Assembly: GCA_035624925.1 (NCBI GenBank) | Contig: DASPQN010000073.1 | Span: 1 to 52,700, forward strand | Reading direction: 5' to 3' | Length of the DNA: 52,700 nt | From: Thermoplasmata archaeon | GTDB taxonomy: Archaea > Thermoplasmatota > Thermoplasmata > Lutacidiplasmatales > UBA184 | Part shown: positions 49,901-52,700 of the stretch, piece by piece | How the letters are laid out: each line of letters starts with the position of its first letter | Position numbering within the stretch: position 1 is the first letter of the stretch | Program-made: the position numbers and the translations under genes | Notes under the pieces: model-generated | Told to the model about the DNA's origin: nothing | Database searches by the model: none | What the model saw: only the letters and a program-made list of their open reading frames with translations

Positions 49901-52700
49901 AGGTCAGCGACTCCCACGGGGCCTCGGCCACGGGCTCGTTCACCCTGGTCGTCAAGCAGGCGCTCAGCGCTGCGCTCTCGGCGAACCCGTCGACGACGCA
50001 GCCGGGGGTGGCCTCGACCCTCACCATCGCCCTCTCGTACGGCGTGGCGCCGTGGACCTGGACCCTCCAACAGAACGCGTCGCACGGCCTGGATCTCGCG
50101 ACCGGCACGGTCAACGGGACGTACTCGTTCCTGCCGACCGCCGCCGGGACCTACACGTTCTACCTGAACGCCACCGATTCGGTGTGGAGCACGTCCCGGG
50201 CGACGGCGACCGTGACGGTCGAGCCCGCGTTGACGGTGGCCCCGCACGCGACGCCGAACCCGACCCAGGTCGGGGCGTCGATCACGGTCTACGCCGGGGC
50301 CTCGGGTGGCGTGGCGCCCATCTCCTACGTCTGGTCCGGTCTCCCGACGGACTGCCAGGCCGTCGCCGGGAACGTGGCGTCGTTCAGCTGCACGCCGGCG
50401 GCAGGGGATGCGGGAACGTACACGGTGACCGTGAAGGCGACCGACCATGTGGGGAGCGTCGCGAGCGGGTCGTTCACGCTGAAGATCGACCCCGCCTTGA
50501 TCGCCACCCTGACGGCGAGCCGGGGGACGACGCAGGTCGGCGAAGCCTCCGTCCTCACCCTCGGGTTCTCGGGAGGGGTGGCGCCGGTCGTGTGGACCCT
50601 CACAAGGAACGGCTCGTCGGCGAACCTGTCGGGCGTGGTCGCGGACACGTACACGTTCACGCCGTCCGCTGCCGGGACGTACACGTTCTACCTGAACGCA
50701 ACGGACGCGGTCGGGAGCGTTTCCGACGCCCGCGTCACGGTCACCGTGGAACCGGCGCTGGTCGCGACGCTGTCAGCCACACCGAGCACGACGCAGGTCG
50801 GAGGCAGCTCGACACTGACGATCACGCTGGCGAATGGGGTGCCCCCCTACACTTGGACCCTATACAATGGGAAGACCGAGGTCGACTCGGGGACGTCGGC
50901 GAGCGCGACGTACATGTTCACCCCGTCCGCAGCCGGGACGTACACGTTCTACCTGAATGCGACGGACGCAGTGGGGAGCGTCTCGGATGCACGGGTCACC
51001 GTCACGGTGGAACCAGCGCTGGTTGCGACGCTGTCAGCGGCGCCGAGCATCACGCAAGTCGGAGGGAGCTCGACACTGACGATCACGCTGGCGAGCGGCG
51101 TGTCGCCGTACGCCTGGACGCTGTTCAGGGGTAATGTCGAGGTTGACTCCGGAACGAGCGCGAGTGCGACGTACACGTTCACGCCGTCGGCGGCGGGGAC
51201 GTACACGTTCTATCTGAACGCGACGGACGCGGTCGGGAGTGTTTCCGATGCGCGGGTCACGGTCACGGTGGAACCAGCGCTGGTCGCGACGCTGTCGGCG
51301 GCGCCGAGCACGACGCAGGTCGGGGGCAGCTCCACGCTGACGATCACACTGACGAGCGGCGTGCCGCCGTACGCCTGGACATTGTACAATGGGAAGACAG
51401 AGGTCGACTCGGGGACGTCGGCGAGTGCGACGTACACGTTCACGCCGTCCGCAGCCGGGACGTACACGTTCTACCTGAACGCAACGGACGCGGTCGGGAG
51501 CGTTTCCGACGCCCGGGTCACGGTCACGGTGGAACCGGCGCTGGTCGCGACGCTGTCAGCCACCCCGAGCACGACGCAGGTCGGGGGCAGCTCGACACTG
51601 ACGATCACGCTGACGAATGGGGTACCCCCCTACGCCTGGACCCTCTACAATGGGAAGACGGAGGTCGACTCGGGGACGTCGGCGGATGCGACGTACACCT
51701 TCAGCCCGTCCGCGGCCGGGACCTACACATTCTACCTGAATGCGACGGACGCGGTGGGGAGTGTTTCCGACGCCCGGGTCACGGTCACGGTGGAACCAGC
51801 GCTGGTCGCGACGCTGTCGGCGGCGCCGAGCATGACCCAGGTCGGGGGCAGCTCCACGCTGACGATCACGTTGACGAACGGTGTGCCTCCGTACGCTTGG
51901 ACCCTCTACAACGGGAAGACGGAGGTCGACTCGGGTACGAGCGCAAGTGCGACGTACACCTTCAGCCCGTCCGCAGCCGGGACCTACACATTCTACCTGA
52001 ATGCGACGGACGCGGTGGGGAGTGTTTCCGACGCCCGCGTCACGGTCACGGTGGAGCCGGCGCTGGTCGCGACGCTGTCAGCGGCGCCGAGCACGACACA
52101 GGTCGGGGGCAGCTCGACACTGACGATCACGCTGGCGAGCGGCGTGCCGCCGTACGCCTGGACGCTGTTCAGGGGTAATGTCGAGGTTGACTCCGGAACG
52201 AGCGCGAGCGCGACGTACACCTTCACCCCGTCCGCGGCCGGGGCGTACACGTTCTACCTGAATGCGACGGACGCGGTGGGGAGTGTTTCCGACGCCCGCG
52301 TCACGGTCACGGTGGAACCAGCGCTGGTCGCGACGCTGTCGGCGGCGCCGAGCACCACACAGGTCGGGGGCAGCTCGACGCTGACGATCACTCTGACGAA
52401 TGGGGTGCCCGCCTACGCCTGGACATTGTACAATGGGAAGACCGAGGTCGACTCGGGGACGAGCGCTAGTGCGACGTACACGTTCACGCCGTCGGCGGCT
52501 GGGACCTACACATTCTACCTGAACGCGACGGACGCGGTGGGGAGCGTCTCGGACGCGCGGGTCACCGTCACAGTGGAACCGGCGCTGGTCGCGACGCTGT
52601 CGGCGGCGCCGAGCATGACGCAGGTCGGGGGCAGCTCCACGCTGACGATCACGCTGACGAACGGCGTGCCGCCGTACGCCTGGACCCTCTACAACGGGAA
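46939..52700 (+). CDS. Very large secreted S53 (sedolisin/kumamolisin-like) serine peptidase with prodomain, catalytic domain, an FTETGLP stalk module and at least 12 Ig/PKD-like repeats. Partial: it continues past the window end.
   Basis: Not in the ORF track because there is no stop in the window. I translated it by hand and saw no stops. Signal peptide: MGQRSRNRIVGVALVAALMAVSGIVAAVPGAFA. Pro-kumamolisin-like prodomain: PASPQYHHYLTAAQFDERFGGAPSVYRSLVQYLASFGVT. Catalytic domain: GENTLDVDMLGAMAPGANV (E-x3-D), ITNSWGG, GITVLAATGDSG, GGTYFIGTSIS. A GGGGGAT SD-like element lies 7 nt upstream and an AT-rich TAGTATAA at 46873-46880. Confidence 0.85.
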   Translation, partial: MGQRSRNRIVGVALVAALMAVSGIVAAVPGAFAQAGLGGAAGPTPIGTVTLTPTAPGVAWSVSELRAAGAVAAPYTESGYGLPQARYQGPATFASPVDPNGTVNILVSLAFSNSTELTQLLAALQNPASPQYHHYLTAAQFDERFGGAPSVYRSLVQYLASFGVTGLTTHPDRLSVTFGATSAQVRAIFGTQLGSYLNASGLPYYAPESMPQVPAPLAPYIIDVEGLSNFSEYQNSFAPVEMATPVGAIAGDAATGSSPSTVLPDTLAACGADPIPPGCTGNPFTPTTVTSGGLTLTYDQPATFNLNGKSGTCDTNTCGDMVQAPDLQVTYNETGLFQKYGYPVNATVAAILWTDPVCTANSGTCATDALYNYWCHQLTSGTDAWDFFMPDVSSFWNYTLPVGEPLPRAVSEGITGYTYAYPAGSRGFSASCDDNEAEGENTLDVDMLGAMAPGANVFQVFGGSSSSAALATVFSDILSPATSDFTATGGFDTSTNMQDLMNVSVITNSWGGVGSLTPTWLSDLTTAAARGITVLAATGDSGTTVEAPSEYAYNVLGMLGVSGTTAAINPTTLLRGPPHLASAAAPYYGVGTGEIGWYEPAGTVDGFTATYGGTEGVASSTVYYRASWFNASADANGVANAVRSGNYRAVGDIAGVSNDTIIDLDAGPYSLNFTCWVSSACTKIAPNTTGTTSGSAPTVGGTYFIGTSISDQVEGGVLATIDHALYTQPGTVCEGYQAYTGSCGAVVPPETGNYHEGWVGYNNPAIYSMGQMAYSGQLTLPSFYDVTTYTDAGGLAATYEAKVGYDLATGWGAIAAWNYTQNILTYNTTFTETGLPASTSWSVTVTPTVGDANCTVSGSSCSNGVTRTTTGSSQTALPEAYGSFAYTVPAVGAYSPSPNGGSFSVNGAGNTITIVFNQLHVSPSATPNPEQVGGTTTVHAGASGGSGVYASYLWSGTVPTGCTLPGSVASWTCTPSTGGQGSYVINVKVSDSHGASATGSFTLVVKQALSAALSANPSTTQPGVASTLTIALSYGVAPWTWTLQQNASHGLDLATGTVNGTYSFLPTAAGTYTFYLNATDSVWSTSRATATVTVEPALTVAPHATPNPTQVGASITVYAGASGGVAPISYVWSGLPTDCQAVAGNVASFSCTPAAGDAGTYTVTVKATDHVGSVASGSFTLKIDPALIATLTASRGTTQVGEASVLTLGFSGGVAPVVWTLTRNGSSANLSGVVADTYTFTPSAAGTYTFYLNATDAVGSVSDARVTVTVEPALVATLSATPSTTQVGGSSTLTITLANGVPPYTWTLYNGKTEVDSGTSASATYMFTPSAAGTYTFYLNATDAVGSVSDARVTVTVEPALVATLSAAPSITQVGGSSTLTITLASGVSPYAWTLFRGNVEVDSGTSASATYTFTPSAAGTYTFYLNATDAVGSVSDARVTVTVEPALVATLSAAPSTTQVGGSSTLTITLTSGVPPYAWTLYNGKTEVDSGTSASATYTFTPSAAGTYTFYLNATDAVGSVSDARVTVTVEPALVATLSATPSTTQVGGSSTLTITLTNGVPPYAWTLYNGKTEVDSGTSADATYTFSPSAAGTYTFYLNATDAVGSVSDARVTVTVEPALVATLSAAPSMTQVGGSSTLTITLTNGVPPYAWTLYNGKTEVDSGTSASATYTFSPSAAGTYTFYLNATDAVGSVSDARVTVTVEPALVATLSAAPSTTQVGGSSTLTITLASGVPPYAWTLFRGNVEVDSGTSASATYTFTPSAAGAYTFYLNATDAVGSVSDARVTVTVEPALVATLSAAPSTTQVGGSSTLTITLTNGVPAYAWTLYNGKTEVDSGTSASATYTFTPSAAGTYTFYLNATDAVGSVSDARVTVTVEPALVATLSAAPSMTQVGGSSTLTITLTNGVPPYAWTLYNG
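49700..52700 (+). repeat. Tandem coding repeats of 261 nt (87 aa; two early units are about 89 aa). They are near-identical from 50485 to the window end.
   Basis: The motif GTGGAACC(A/G)GCGCTGGT recurs at 50746, 51007, 51268, 51529, 51790, 52051, 52312 and 52573, exactly 261 nt apart. The protein unit is VEPALVATLSAxPSxTQVGGSSTLTITLxxGVPPYAWTLYNGKTEVDSGTSASATYTFTPSAAGTYTFYLNATDAVGSVSDARVTVT. Confidence 0.9.

Noticed and set aside
49700-52700. Possible CRISPR array or satellite DNA, because of the regular repeats
   Set aside because: The period is 261 bp with no short repeat/spacer alternation. The repeats keep one open reading frame and encode Ig/PKD-like domains, so they are coding tandem repeats, not CRISPR.

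Overview
High-GC (by eye about 65-70% G+C) chromosomal segment that looks archaeal. Supporting markers are an RFC large subunit, ABCE1, GTP cyclohydrolase MptA, AbrB-PhoU regulators, an HTH_10 regulator, a tRNA without encoded CCA, and AT-rich TATA-like boxes about 26-29 nt upstream of many start codons. A Thermoplasmatota-like origin is only a guess, based on YVTN surface proteins and thermopsin-style FTETGLP modules. I support about 45 protein genes, one tRNA-Thr(UGU) and one transposase remnant. The high GC produces very long antisense or out-of-frame ORFs in the supplied track, so I trimmed many track entries to internal starts using domain boundaries, third-position GC, 4-nt stop/start overlaps and TATA spacing. 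The largest gene is an S53 (sedolisin-like) protease, 46939 to the window end, carrying an array of 261-bp Ig-like repeats. It is missing from the track because it has no stop inside the window. Main content: hutU; a tightly coupled 4-gene operon (orphan ABC ATPase, G3E GTPase, NifS-type cysteine desulfurase, Fe-S-motif protein); two PhoU paralogs flanking a membrane protein; Bcp/AKR; RFC-L; PPK2/OsmC; MarC, DUF1684, GNAT, DUF59, MptA; a MacB-like ABC system followed by ABCE1; two tandem 14-blade YVTN surface proteins; and a cysteine-synthesis cluster (cysM, JAMM mec, and a CysO-like ubiquitin-fold carrier fused in frame to a MoeZ-type E1-rhodanese) headed by a SufR-like regulator divergent from sufC-sufS-sufB, with sufD inverted. 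The best candidates for undescribed biology are the ABC/G3E/NifS/Fe-S operon (4.5-8.1 kb) and the Ubl-E1 fusion next to its JAMM protease (37.5-40.4 kb). All family assignments come from reading motifs by eye. No database search was run.
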